From a virus (lineage: Duplodnaviria > Heunggongvirae > Uroviricota > Caudoviricetes), in IMG/VR virus record IMGVR_UViG_2698536657_000019: a DNA stretch of 8,788 nt, one strand, 5' to 3'. Numbering within the stretch: position 1 is the first letter of the stretch; every line of letters begins with the position of its first letter. Both the position numbers and the translations under genes were made by a program. The notes below the pieces were generated by a model, which saw only the letters and a program-made list of their open reading frames with translations, did no database searches and was not told where the DNA came from. Below are positions 1-6,777 of this stretch, in pieces.

Positions 1-297
1 GGCTTCAGATACCAGTGTTGGCGGATTTTCGTGTTTGTGCCGCGCCAGTTTTTCCAGCCTGATCCGACGCTCTTCGTCGTGGTAAAGATGCGAATTAATT
101 CGCTTCCCTTCGTCTGTGGTTGTCAGGAAGGCGACGGTTTCTTCATCCAGTCTGGCGTCAGTGCGAATATCCTCGTTGATGTAGCTCTGAATGGCCTGGC
201 GTAATGCGGTTGGCTGCGCTCTGCCGAACGTTTCAGGATCGATAACCGGTAGCGGGGCGTTCCACGGGTACGCCAGTTGTGCATTATGGTCGCTCAT
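1..297 (-). CDS. hypothetical protein, partial (start at 297, continues past the window start)
   Basis: ATG at 297..295 overlaps the TGA stop of the upstream gene (ATGA). The frame stays open for 99 codons to position 1. Not in the ORF track because no stop lies in the window. No recognisable motif. Confidence 0.45.
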   Translation of the reverse strand, partial: MSDHNAQLAYPWNAPLPVIDPETFGRAQPTALRQAIQSYINEDIRTDARLDEETVAFLTTTDEGKRINSHLYHDEERRIRLEKLARHKHENPPTLVSEA

Positions 298-710
298 GCG
301 TCGCACTCCCCGGCAGTCGCCGCCTGAAACGCCGCGCGGTACAGCACGAGAAGGCGCTGGTATTCACCGATAAAGTCTTCTGCGGTGTATATGCCTTTCA
401 TGGCCACGCTGTGCGTTGTCATTTCCAGAACAAGCGTCATCTCTGACGACGACCAGCTGATGGCGGTGCTGTCGGTTCCGTTGATGTGAAATAAACCAAA
501 ACCATCACCATCACCTTTCACGTCCACGCGGTAACGGTCGTCAACGGTGAAGGAGAAATCCCCGTATGTGGTGACGCGTCTGGCGGCCCGTTTACAGGCG
601 CGGCGGTAATAGTCGTGCCAGTCGTTCAGGCGGGAAGCCAGCCGGGGATCCACTGCCCACATCCAGTTAAAAAAATCCTGAATATCTGAAAGTCCCTTAA
701 CGTTCTTCAT
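294..710 (-). CDS. hypothetical protein, 138 aa
   Basis: ORF with SD GGAGG about 5 nt upstream of ATG 710. Its stop overlaps the next start (ATGA at 294..297). No recognisable motif. Confidence 0.6.
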   Translation of the reverse strand: MKNVKGLSDIQDFFNWMWAVDPRLASRLNDWHDYYRRACKRAARRVTTYGDFSFTVDDRYRVDVKGDGDGFGLFHINGTDSTAISWSSSEMTLVLEMTTHSVAMKGIYTAEDFIGEYQRLLVLYRAAFQAATAGECDA

Positions 711-778
711 GAGAACCTCCGGTAACAGACGTGCGGAAGCCTCCCGCGCACGGGTGCGGGATGGCTTCAGGATGTTGT

Positions 779-1006
779 TTAGTGGTGGTGTTGCTGGTTG
801 ATAAGGTCCTGCAGTTCTGCCAGGTCTTCGGCCAGATAGCTGAAGACTGCCGCGTAATACCCGGCAGCGATACCGTCGTTAAGTCGGTGTAATACGTTTG
901 ACTGCATGATGAAGGAGACAGATGCAGCCCGATGGAGTCTGCGGTTGATTTCAGTGCGGATGTGAAGACGCTCAGCGCGGGCGCGCTGTTGTTTGCGGTT
1001 TGCCAT
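779..1006 (-). CDS. hypothetical small protein, 75 aa, Arg-rich N-terminus and acidic C-terminus
   Basis: ORF with GAGG about 8 nt upstream of ATG 1006. First gene after the minus-strand terminator at about 1190. Confidence 0.5.
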   Translation of the reverse strand: MANRKQQRARAERLHIRTEINRRLHRAASVSFIMQSNVLHRLNDGIAAGYYAAVFSYLAEDLAELQDLINQQHHH

Positions 1007-1180
1007 GGTGTGGCCTCGTACGTAGTAAGTTCTGAAAACTCACCAACCCGAGGTTCCAAGCTCAGGGTGGCGAGACGTACAGGGTTGGAACTACCGGCTA
1101 CGCACGAACCCGGCCCGACCGAAGTCGGCCCCGTACGCCCCGCCATAATTCTGACGTGAAAAAGACGTGGCGATACAGTA

Positions 1181-1211
1181 CGCACAAAAAAACCGCTGGC
1201 GCGGTTGTGCG
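1181..1211 (-). terminator. candidate rho-independent terminator on the minus strand
   Basis: Minus strand reads AACCGC-GCCA-GCGGTT followed by a run of 7 T (plus strand A7 at 1186..1192). Flanking CGCAC/GTGCG extends the palindrome. The stem is short. Confidence 0.4.
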
Positions 1212-1389
1212 CGTGCATAGTCGGCGGGGTTCCAATCCCGGCACCTGTTTTATGAGGTGCGGGAAAACTGTAACCCGACCAGGCGAACGCTGGCAAGCGG
1301 TTTTTGTGTTGCGTGCTGATGTGGTTAGAATGTGGCGAATTAATATCACCTGGCAACTGGTGATTGTCTGCATACGCGGGGTGTTTCTG

Positions 1390-1854
1390 ATGAGTGATAA
1401 GCTCCCTTCTGATTACGACATTCTTTTTGACCTGTGGTACAGCTACTGGCTTGAACGTATTACATGTGTGTTTCACCGACGCGTTTCTGCTGCTCTGCGA
1501 ATCAGCGCCTTTCTGGTTGGTGTTGCGGCGTTTGTCCTGTGTGATTTTGTTGTGTTGGTACTCTTCAGTGTGGTTCTGTTTCTGCTTTGGCAGTGCATGG
1601 CTGCCAGTTTTGAACGCAGGGCTGAAAAGGCTGAATGGCAGGCAGTCAGTTACCAGCGCCTTATCAGTCAGCGCCATGTGATTAGTAAGGAATGCATGAT
1701 TGCGCGCCTCTCCTTTGTTGAGGAAAGTGACAGTCCCATCATGGAGTGCATGATTAATCTTGCCTGGAATAAAGCCTGTGAGGCGGTTGGCAGCTCTTCG
1801 CGCAATCATGTTTCGATCTCCGGTCGGTTACTCAGTCGCCTGTGCGGCTTTTGA
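1390..1854 (+). CDS. putative membrane protein, 154 aa, convergent with the early operon
   Basis: ATG at 1390. Hydrophobic stretch ISAFLVGVAAFVLCDFVVLVLFSVVLFLLW, CTG-dominated Leu codons. Possible promoter TAGAAT at 1326..1331. SD is weak (GGGG 9 nt upstream). Overlaps the 3' end of 1828..2178 by 27 nt. Competes with a minus-strand ORF starting at 1809 that has its own SD. Confidence 0.35.
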   Translation: MSDKLPSDYDILFDLWYSYWLERITCVFHRRVSAALRISAFLVGVAAFVLCDFVVLVLFSVVLFLLWQCMAASFERRAEKAEWQAVSYQRLISQRHVISKECMIARLSFVEESDSPIMECMINLAWNKACEAVGSSSRNHVSISGRLLSRLCGF

Positions 1855-2178
1855 TTTGCCAAGCAGCTGTGCGACAGTTTCGCCGGCCGCCCGATTTTCC
1901 GGGAATGACACCGGCATGTTCAGCTTGAGTGCCATTGCGTACTCAGCCCGTGCGCCAGCGGACTCTTCCCATCCATCCAGTAAGTAAATGGCATCGGCAC
2001 ACATGAGCATCGGAATACAAATGCTCATGTACTGCTGCTGGCTTAATCCGTCAGGCAGTACGGCAGGATTAAGAACAATGTTTCCGGCGTACCTAAGCTT
2101 CAGGTCCGCCAGGCAAAACTCCAGTCTGTTGTCGTCTTTGTATCCGGTCATGGGACCGGCGATATAAATCACGGCCAT
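1828..2178 (-). CDS. probable DUF4406 / nucleoside 2-deoxyribosyltransferase-like protein, 116 aa
   Basis: N-terminal MAVIYIAGPMTG and later LLDGWEES-GA--E resemble the DUF4406 / deoxyribosyltransferase-like family as I remember it. SD GGGAGGT about 6 nt upstream of ATG 2178. Confidence 0.55.
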   Translation of the reverse strand: MAVIYIAGPMTGYKDDNRLEFCLADLKLRYAGNIVLNPAVLPDGLSQQQYMSICIPMLMCADAIYLLDGWEESAGARAEYAMALKLNMPVSFPENRAAGETVAQLLGKSKAAQATE

Positions 2179-2387
2179 GCTTTACCTCCCGCGTTGCGTG
2201 TTGCTGTCAGCACGCGTACTTCTTCCATGTTCGTGGCGCAGAAGTGAGAACCGTTGATAAGGCGGATGTGATGCATCTCAGGATTGCGTGAATCCTGGCG
2301 TGTCATGCCCTGGTCAATCAGGCTTTCGTCGACTTCGTACTGGCGGCCGTTGGCTGTGAACCGGATGACGGTTGACTCCTGGATCAT
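2169..2387 (-). CDS. hypothetical protein, 72 aa
   Basis: ATG 2387 overlaps the stop of the upstream gene (ATGA). The 3' end overlaps the next start by 10 nt. Confidence 0.55.
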   Translation of the reverse strand: MIQESTVIRFTANGRQYEVDESLIDQGMTRQDSRNPEMHHIRLINGSHFCATNMEEVRVLTATRNAGGKAWP

Positions 2388-2620
2388 TGCTGACCCCTTT
2401 GTCCGGCAGATTTCTCGTTGAGCTGCTTTTTAAGGGCGGCGATTTCACTTTCCTGATCCTGAATCACCCGGATTGCTTCCATGGTGATCCCCAGTGAGAT
2501 CGAGGAAGATATAACGACCTTTGGTTTTCCAACGGCAGCCGCAACTTTGGCTGTTTCCTCGTGTGCATGGGCGATGTGACGTAACCCCCGCAAAAGTGCT
2601 TTGTTTCTTTCGCTATTCAT
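2384..2620 (-). CDS. hypothetical protein, 78 aa, coiled-coil-like C-terminus
   Basis: SD AGGAG about 7 nt upstream of ATG 2620. Lies 35 nt after the methylase stop. Confidence 0.55.
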   Translation of the reverse strand: MNSERNKALLRGLRHIAHAHEETAKVAAAVGKPKVVISSSISLGITMEAIRVIQDQESEIAALKKQLNEKSAGQRGQQ

Positions 2621-2655
2621 TTCCTGACTCCTGTGTTACTGATTCATCTGTTTAT

Positions 2656-3636
2656 TCACGTACTGGCAGGGGTAAACATCACGCAGTAAGTTGCATCTCC
2701 CGTTACCGGTCCGCAGTCCGGGCAGTAGCCACCGCCATAGTGACCGCAGGCGTCGCACTGTCTCAGGGTGGCGATAACTTCCGGTGCTGGTTCGCGGGTT
2801 CTTGCGCCAACGCTGCGTGGTGCCTGTATGCAGTTCATCCGGTAACCCTGATAAATGCGTCTGGTTTCCGGTGTGTCGGAATTGGAGATGGTGATGCTGG
2901 TCATGCCGCCCGTTTCCTGCGAAAGGCGGTCAAGTGCTGCCCTCAGGCGAACGTGCTCGTGTTCATCGAATGGTTTTCCGTAGGCGGTGAAATTGTCCCG
3001 GCCACTGAATTGCAGGTAAGGGGGATCGCAGTACACGCAAAGCGTGTTGCCCATGCCGAACAGGTGACTGGCAGAGTTCAGCGTATCCTTAAAATCTGCG
3101 TGGATAAGCAGCGTTCGGGTGCTGTTTGCCTTGTCTGCAAATGCGCGGATTTCATGCTCAGGGAAATAGGGCTTGCGGTAGCAGCCGAAAGGCACGTTAA
3201 AATCGCCTTTTCCGTTCACCCGGTACAGGCCATTAAAACAGTGCCGGTTGAGGTACAAAAACATGGCGGCCAGTCGCAGTTCACGGCGGTCGCTTATTCC
3301 CGTTCTGCTACTCAGGAAGGCATGATTCTCTGCGTTAAAGGTTTCGCGAATGATGAGATAGTCACCCCTGTTGTTGTGGTTCAGGAACAGGGTTTTCGCC
3401 TCGTCGATCAGACTGTCTGTGTTGTCCCGTGCTGCCCGCCAGAAATTAATCAGCGCACCATTGGAATCACCCAGGATGTAGCGTTTGTAACTGGTGTTCA
3501 TGAATACCGATGCGCCACCCACGAACGGTTCAACCAGGCAGTCAGCTTCTGGCAGATGCACCTTCAGTGTGTTCATGATGCGGCTTTTGCCACCCACCCA
3601 TTTCAGCGGTGTGCCGGATAACAGTTCTTTGCTCAT
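2656..3636 (-). CDS. Dam-family N6-adenine DNA methyltransferase with a C-terminal Cys-rich extension, 326 aa
   Basis: Motifs LKWVGGK, CLVEPFVGGASVF (SAM-binding FxGxG), FLYLNR--FNGLYR, FNVPFG-YRKPYFPE, catalytic DPPY (VYCDPPY), NFTAY. These line up with E. coli Dam from memory. C-terminus has CDACGHYGGGYCPDCG (C-x2-C-x7-C-x2-C). SD AGAGG upstream of ATG 3636. Confidence 0.85.
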   Translation of the reverse strand: MSKELLSGTPLKWVGGKSRIMNTLKVHLPEADCLVEPFVGGASVFMNTSYKRYILGDSNGALINFWRAARDNTDSLIDEAKTLFLNHNNRGDYLIIRETFNAENHAFLSSRTGISDRRELRLAAMFLYLNRHCFNGLYRVNGKGDFNVPFGCYRKPYFPEHEIRAFADKANSTRTLLIHADFKDTLNSASHLFGMGNTLCVYCDPPYLQFSGRDNFTAYGKPFDEHEHVRLRAALDRLSQETGGMTSITISNSDTPETRRIYQGYRMNCIQAPRSVGARTREPAPEVIATLRQCDACGHYGGGYCPDCGPVTGDATYCVMFTPAST

Positions 3637-3660
3637 AACGCGGCCTCTTTGTTATAGGTT

Positions 3661-3861
3661 TCATGCGTTAATAAATCCCATGACTTCCCGTTGTTCTTGC
3701 TGAGTAATCGCCAGCGAAAACCGATTCTTATCACCAGGTAGTTGTGGGGCTTTATGCGTGAAAAATTCCGCACACCGTTGCGGAATAAACGCAGCGATGC
3801 GCGGGCTTTTCTTTCCACGTTCAGGGGGGGGGCAGCAACACACATTCAGGATGGCGACCAT
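3661..3861 (-). CDS. hypothetical small protein, 66 aa; frame uncertain because of an internal C9 homopolymer
   Basis: SD GAGGTG 5-6 nt upstream of ATG 3861, directly after the exonuclease stop. Contains a C9 tract (plus strand G9 at 3824..3832) encoding CCCPPP. The overlapping 3633..3845 frame is also open. Confidence 0.45.
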   Translation of the reverse strand: MVAILNVCCCPPPERGKKSPRIAAFIPQRCAEFFTHKAPQLPGDKNRFSLAITQQEQREVMGFINA

Positions 3862-3869
3862 GCTTCACC

Positions 3870-4451
3870 TCATATGTTCAGGAATGGCGTTGTGAAGCGC
3901 TGCCAGATTTCTGACACGACCTTTGCCTGGTAAATGGCATCGCCCAGTGCAGTGTGAGCAATAGCCTCTTTTCCTGATCGGCCTGGCATTCTCCAGCCGG
4001 TTGATTCAGCCATGGCGATAAGCGGACGCATACAGCGCTCGTCCCAGTAACACCACGGAATACTTTTTTCTCCGGTTGTTCGCTTTATGGCGGATCTCAG
4101 GATTGGGAAATCGAAGGATGCGCCCTTGCACCATATGGTCAGTGAATTGCCCGGGCTTTCGTCATGCATATTGCGTGAAATGAACGCCAGAAATTCGGTC
4201 ACTGCTGCCAGCTCTGTTCCCTCTGCGTTGCGCAGGCAGGCCCTGGCCTCCACGGATTGTCCGGCCCACCATACAGCGGTTGTTGCACTGACGGTTCCGC
4301 CGTTGCGTTCTGAATCCACCGGGTCGATGAATTTCTCAAACTGCTTGCCCAGTTTTCCGGTGAACGGGTCGAAAAACACCGCGCCGATCGCGAATATGAC
4401 TGCGTCCGGTCCGTTACCCAGTGTTTCGGTGTCAATCATGAGATGGTTCAT
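3870..4451 (-). CDS. DnaQ-like DEDDh 3'-5' exonuclease, 193 aa
   Basis: Exo I motif MIDTETLG, Exo II region with FDFPIL, Exo III HTALGDAIYQA (H-x4-D). SD AGGAG about 7 nt upstream. ATG 4451 overlaps the upstream stop (ATGA). Confidence 0.8.
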   Translation of the reverse strand: MNHLMIDTETLGNGPDAVIFAIGAVFFDPFTGKLGKQFEKFIDPVDSERNGGTVSATTAVWWAGQSVEARACLRNAEGTELAAVTEFLAFISRNMHDESPGNSLTIWCKGASFDFPILRSAIKRTTGEKSIPWCYWDERCMRPLIAMAESTGWRMPGRSGKEAIAHTALGDAIYQAKVVSEIWQRFTTPFLNI

Positions 4452-4681
4452 TGTACGGGCTCCTTCGGTTCGTCCTGGCTGGTGAGCATTGCAATCAGTC
4501 GTTCAATGACTGAACAGGTTTCCAGCGGGGAGGTGTGTTTTTCTTTCGCTGTCTCGGTCAGCTCGCGCAGTAATTCGCAGATATGTGCACGCTCGGCTTT
4601 TCTTGCGGCCATGCTGATATGCGCATGATGGTTAGCTGGTCTGGCGGTTATTTCTCTGCCGGGTGATTCGGCTGTTCTCAT
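4448..4681 (-). CDS. hypothetical protein, 77 aa
   Basis: Start moved to ATG 4681 (MRTAESPG...) because SD AGGAG sits about 7 nt upstream. The ORF-track start at 4723 has no SD. Stop overlaps the exonuclease start. Confidence 0.55.
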   Translation of the reverse strand: MRTAESPGREITARPANHHAHISMAARKAERAHICELLRELTETAKEKHTSPLETCSVIERLIAMLTSQDEPKEPVQ

Positions 4682-4895
4682 TTGTTGACTCCTAAAAAAA
4701 AGACAAAGGGAACCCGAAGGCATGAATGCCTTAATTAATTGCTCGTGTGTTTTCTGGTGTTATTGCGTTCTTGTTTGCAGCTTCAGTTTATCCACAGATT
4801 TTCAGGGCTAACCAGGTGAGGTCACACACCATAAATATCACCCATACAGTGGCGATGGTGAGTATTGCTTTTACATTCTTCATAAAGTTTTTGCT

Positions 4896-5021
4896 TTATT
4901 TACGGCGTTTATCGCCGGTAAAGAATAATTCGATATCCTTCAGTGTGTGGATAATTCGCATAATGCCGATTGCCATAAGCACGGAGATAATCAGAATTAC
5001 CCATGAAAGGAATATGCTCAT
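4896..5021 (-). CDS. small single-pass membrane peptide, 41 aa (MSIFLSWVILIISVLMAIGIMRIIHTLKDIELFFTGDKRRK)
   Basis: Below the 60-aa cutoff of the ORF track; found by hand. ATG 5021 overlaps the TGA of 5018..5260 (ATGA at 5018..5021). Hydrophobic N-terminal helix, basic C-terminus. AT-rich region. Confidence 0.4.
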   Translation of the reverse strand: MSIFLSWVILIISVLMAIGIMRIIHTLKDIELFFTGDKRRK

Positions 5022-5260
5022 GCGGCTACCCCTGTGAAGTAAGGCTCGACAATTTCACCTTCAAACAGTTCTGTCATAATCGACTTTAATTCTTCCAGCG
5101 CTTCACGGTCATCGCTGCCCAGTGCGCAGTTGTATAGCCCCATAATTGCGCCGCGCAGTGAGTTACGAAGGCTTTCATCCTTAGTTACGCCCCGGTTTGC
5201 GAGTTCAAAGTGATAACGTTGCAACGCGTTATTGATAAGTATTTTGTAGGCTTCGATCAT
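5018..5260 (-). CDS. hypothetical protein, 80 aa
   Basis: SD AAGGA about 7 nt upstream of ATG 5260. Lies 18 nt after the stop of 5279..5614. Confidence 0.6.
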   Translation of the reverse strand: MIEAYKILINNALQRYHFELANRGVTKDESLRNSLRGAIMGLYNCALGSDDREALEELKSIMTELFEGEIVEPYFTGVAA

Positions 5261-5278
5261 GGCTGAATCCTTTATTTA

Positions 5279-5614
5279 TCAGTGCTTGCTTCCCGGATAT
5301 TGAAAACGCAGGCCGCTGATTAATCTGTCTGCCGTTCTTAAGGCTTCAAAAAATGTGAAGTCCTGTCCGAAGTAATCATCCCCGCGAGTCAGGGTGAAAT
5401 TAAATCGGCCAGTAACAGGGCTGCGAAAACTTTTGTGAATAACGATGCCAGTGTCGCCAATCGCCCAGGTGTGCTTTCCGGTTTGTTTTACCGGGTGACC
5501 GTCTGGTGTGGCATGGATTTCAGTGGTTACGGTCGCACTATTTTTACGGAAGTGCTGGCGTGCAACGTGGCGTTCGGTGTTGTTATTGATGCGTGCATTT
5601 CGTTGTTGCTTCAT
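5279..5614 (-). CDS. hypothetical protein, 111 aa
   Basis: ORF packed within the minus-strand early operon. No recognisable motif. Confidence 0.6.
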   Translation of the reverse strand: MKQQRNARINNNTERHVARQHFRKNSATVTTEIHATPDGHPVKQTGKHTWAIGDTGIVIHKSFRSPVTGRFNFTLTRGDDYFGQDFTFFEALRTADRLISGLRFQYPGSKH

Positions 5615-5639
5615 TCTTCACTCGGTCCTTATGCGATGA

Positions 5640-5834
5640 TTACAGTGATTCGTCTCTTGTCAGCCTAAAAATCACTTCAGCCATGACTTCGCTAATTACA
5701 TCGATCCCCTGATCGGTAAGGGCTTCTTTCCAGGCCTTGCTTGCACGTGTTGGATCCATCCTGCCTGATTGCTGTTGTATGATGATGAAGCGTAAATCGC
5801 TGTATAAGTCTTTTGTTTGAGTGGAGTCAGTCAT
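5640..5834 (-). CDS. hypothetical small protein, 64 aa
   Basis: SD GAAGG about 7 nt upstream of ATG 5834. Its start codon shares bases with the ATG of the plus-strand gene at 5833 (CATG), so one of the two starts may be wrong. Confidence 0.45.
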   Translation of the reverse strand: MTDSTQTKDLYSDLRFIIIQQQSGRMDPTRASKAWKEALTDQGIDVISEVMAEVIFRLTRDESL

Positions 5835-6270
5835 GTCAATACCTTCAAATCTTGATGTTTTTAATGAAACAGTTGGTAAAACTTTTGCGTTTCTTTATGA
5901 AACTTTTCCCCGCAAAGTAACTATTGATATTTGTGCCTTAACCGGTGTTTCAGAGCTGACTTTTGAAGAAGACCGATCCTCCAGGAGGCAACTAGTTGAA
6001 GCTCTTGAGCTTCGCCGTGACTCCATCGCATGGCTTGTTGATGCTGGTTATGTATCCGCTAAATCTTCTCCTCCGCATTACTTTTCTGATGCGGTTCTCA
6101 CGGCCAAAGGTCTTGAATTACTTAAGCTTGATCCAGAGTCACTTAAACAATCATTTGGCGACAAGCTTGTTGATGCAGCCAAGAGTGGTTCAATGGATGC
6201 GATAAAAAGCACCGCATCATCCGCTCTTACTACTGGGTTATCCTTTGCTTTCAAAAGTCTTCTTGGTTGA
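5833..6270 (+). CDS. hypothetical protein, 145 aa, AT-rich opposite-strand cargo gene
   Basis: ATG 5833 with SD GAGTGGAG about 6 nt upstream. The ORF-track GTG at 5821 has no SD. Visibly AT-rich, A/T-ending codons, opposite to the early operon. Followed by a perfect 8-bp hairpin. No recognisable catalytic motif; hydrophobic C-terminus SALTTGLSFAFKSLLG. Confidence 0.55.
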   Translation: MSIPSNLDVFNETVGKTFAFLYETFPRKVTIDICALTGVSELTFEEDRSSRRQLVEALELRRDSIAWLVDAGYVSAKSSPPHYFSDAVLTAKGLELLKLDPESLKQSFGDKLVDAAKSGSMDAIKSTASSALTTGLSFAFKSLLG

Positions 6271-6312
6271 TTGTTGCGCCCCCGCATAACACCAACGATT
6301 AGATTATTTACG

Positions 6313-6350
6313 GCGAAATCTCCTGTTGTGGATTTCGCTGTGTGTTTGAT
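6313..6350 (+). terminator. hairpin with U-rich tail, candidate terminator for the plus-strand gene
   Basis: Perfect 8-bp stem GCGAAATC / GATTTCGC (6313..6320 and 6331..6338), 10-nt loop, then TGTGTGTTTGAT. Confidence 0.4.
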
Positions 6351-6351
6351 A

Positions 6352-6777
6352 TTAAGCTGCTTTTTTACTGATACGTTTATTCCGTAAACCAGCTGCTGGC
6401 TTAAATAAAAAAAGTCGGTTTTCCCATTCGTGCCATTCTTGCGGTGCGTTTTCAGTGAGTCGATCGCAGGCTTCATCCCACGCTTTCCGGTTGATGTAGA
6501 GTTCGGCGTTTCCGCCAGGCTTGAGAGGGTCCGCCATGTACACAGCGGGTAATTTCCCTGCTTTTGCCATGCTCACGATGGCGTCAACGGTCTTGCCGAT
6601 ATACATCGCAAACCCTTCTTTTGACAGGAGATGAGAAGGGTTTTGTGAAAGCCTGATTTCCTGGCGTTCAGGGGCTTTGCGCCCGGTCTTTTGGTGTGCG
6701 GTTTCTGGCGCATCTGTCAACTGATCGCACTGTGTTTCGGCAGGCGATTCAGGCGCGTTTTGAGTGACTTCTTGCAT
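6352..6777 (-). CDS. cox: Cox-like excisionase / transcriptional regulator with an N-terminal extension, 141 aa
   Basis: C-terminal half (FAMYIGKTVDAIVSMAKAGKLPAVYMADP...AW) resembles P2 Cox (FAKLIGK...GKLPVIDMTDP...AW) from memory. Start set at ATG 6777 with strong SD GGAGGA about 7 nt upstream. Divergent from the repressor. Confidence 0.75.
   Translation of the reverse strand: MQEVTQNAPESPAETQCDQLTDAPETAHQKTGRKAPERQEIRLSQNPSHLLSKEGFAMYIGKTVDAIVSMAKAGKLPAVYMADPLKPGGNAELYINRKAWDEACDRLTENAPQEWHEWENRLFLFKPAAGLRNKRISKKAA

Noticed and set aside
1221-1245. tRNA T-arm-like motif CGGGGTTCCAATCCCG
   Set aside because: Loop does not fit the canonical T-loop (purine expected at the fourth loop position). 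No acceptor stem, anticodon arm or CCA context could be built around it on either strand.
697-1809. 370-aa minus-strand ORF, the longest in the window
   Set aside because: Low-complexity S/T/P/H/N-rich translation with no motifs. It runs through the minus-strand terminator, fully overlaps ORF 779..1006 and the start of 294..710, and is antisense to a protein-like plus-strand ORF. Treated as a shadow ORF, although its ATG at 1809 has a decent SD (GGAGA), so a shorter real gene at its 5' end is not excluded.
2521-3621. 366-aa plus-strand ORF
   Set aside because: Entirely antisense to the Dam methylase, which has clear catalytic motifs. The translation has no recognisable domains.
4747-5037. 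96-aa plus-strand hydrophobic ORF in the AT-rich island
   Set aside because: GTG start without an SD. Its hydrophobicity probably reflects the AT-rich composition. The minus-strand 41-aa ORF is supported by an ATGA overlap. Kept as an alternative in the finding.
6078-6476. 132-aa minus-strand ORF
   Set aside because: Overlaps the 3' end of the Cox-like gene by 125 nt in another frame and is antisense to the plus-strand gene. No SD noted.
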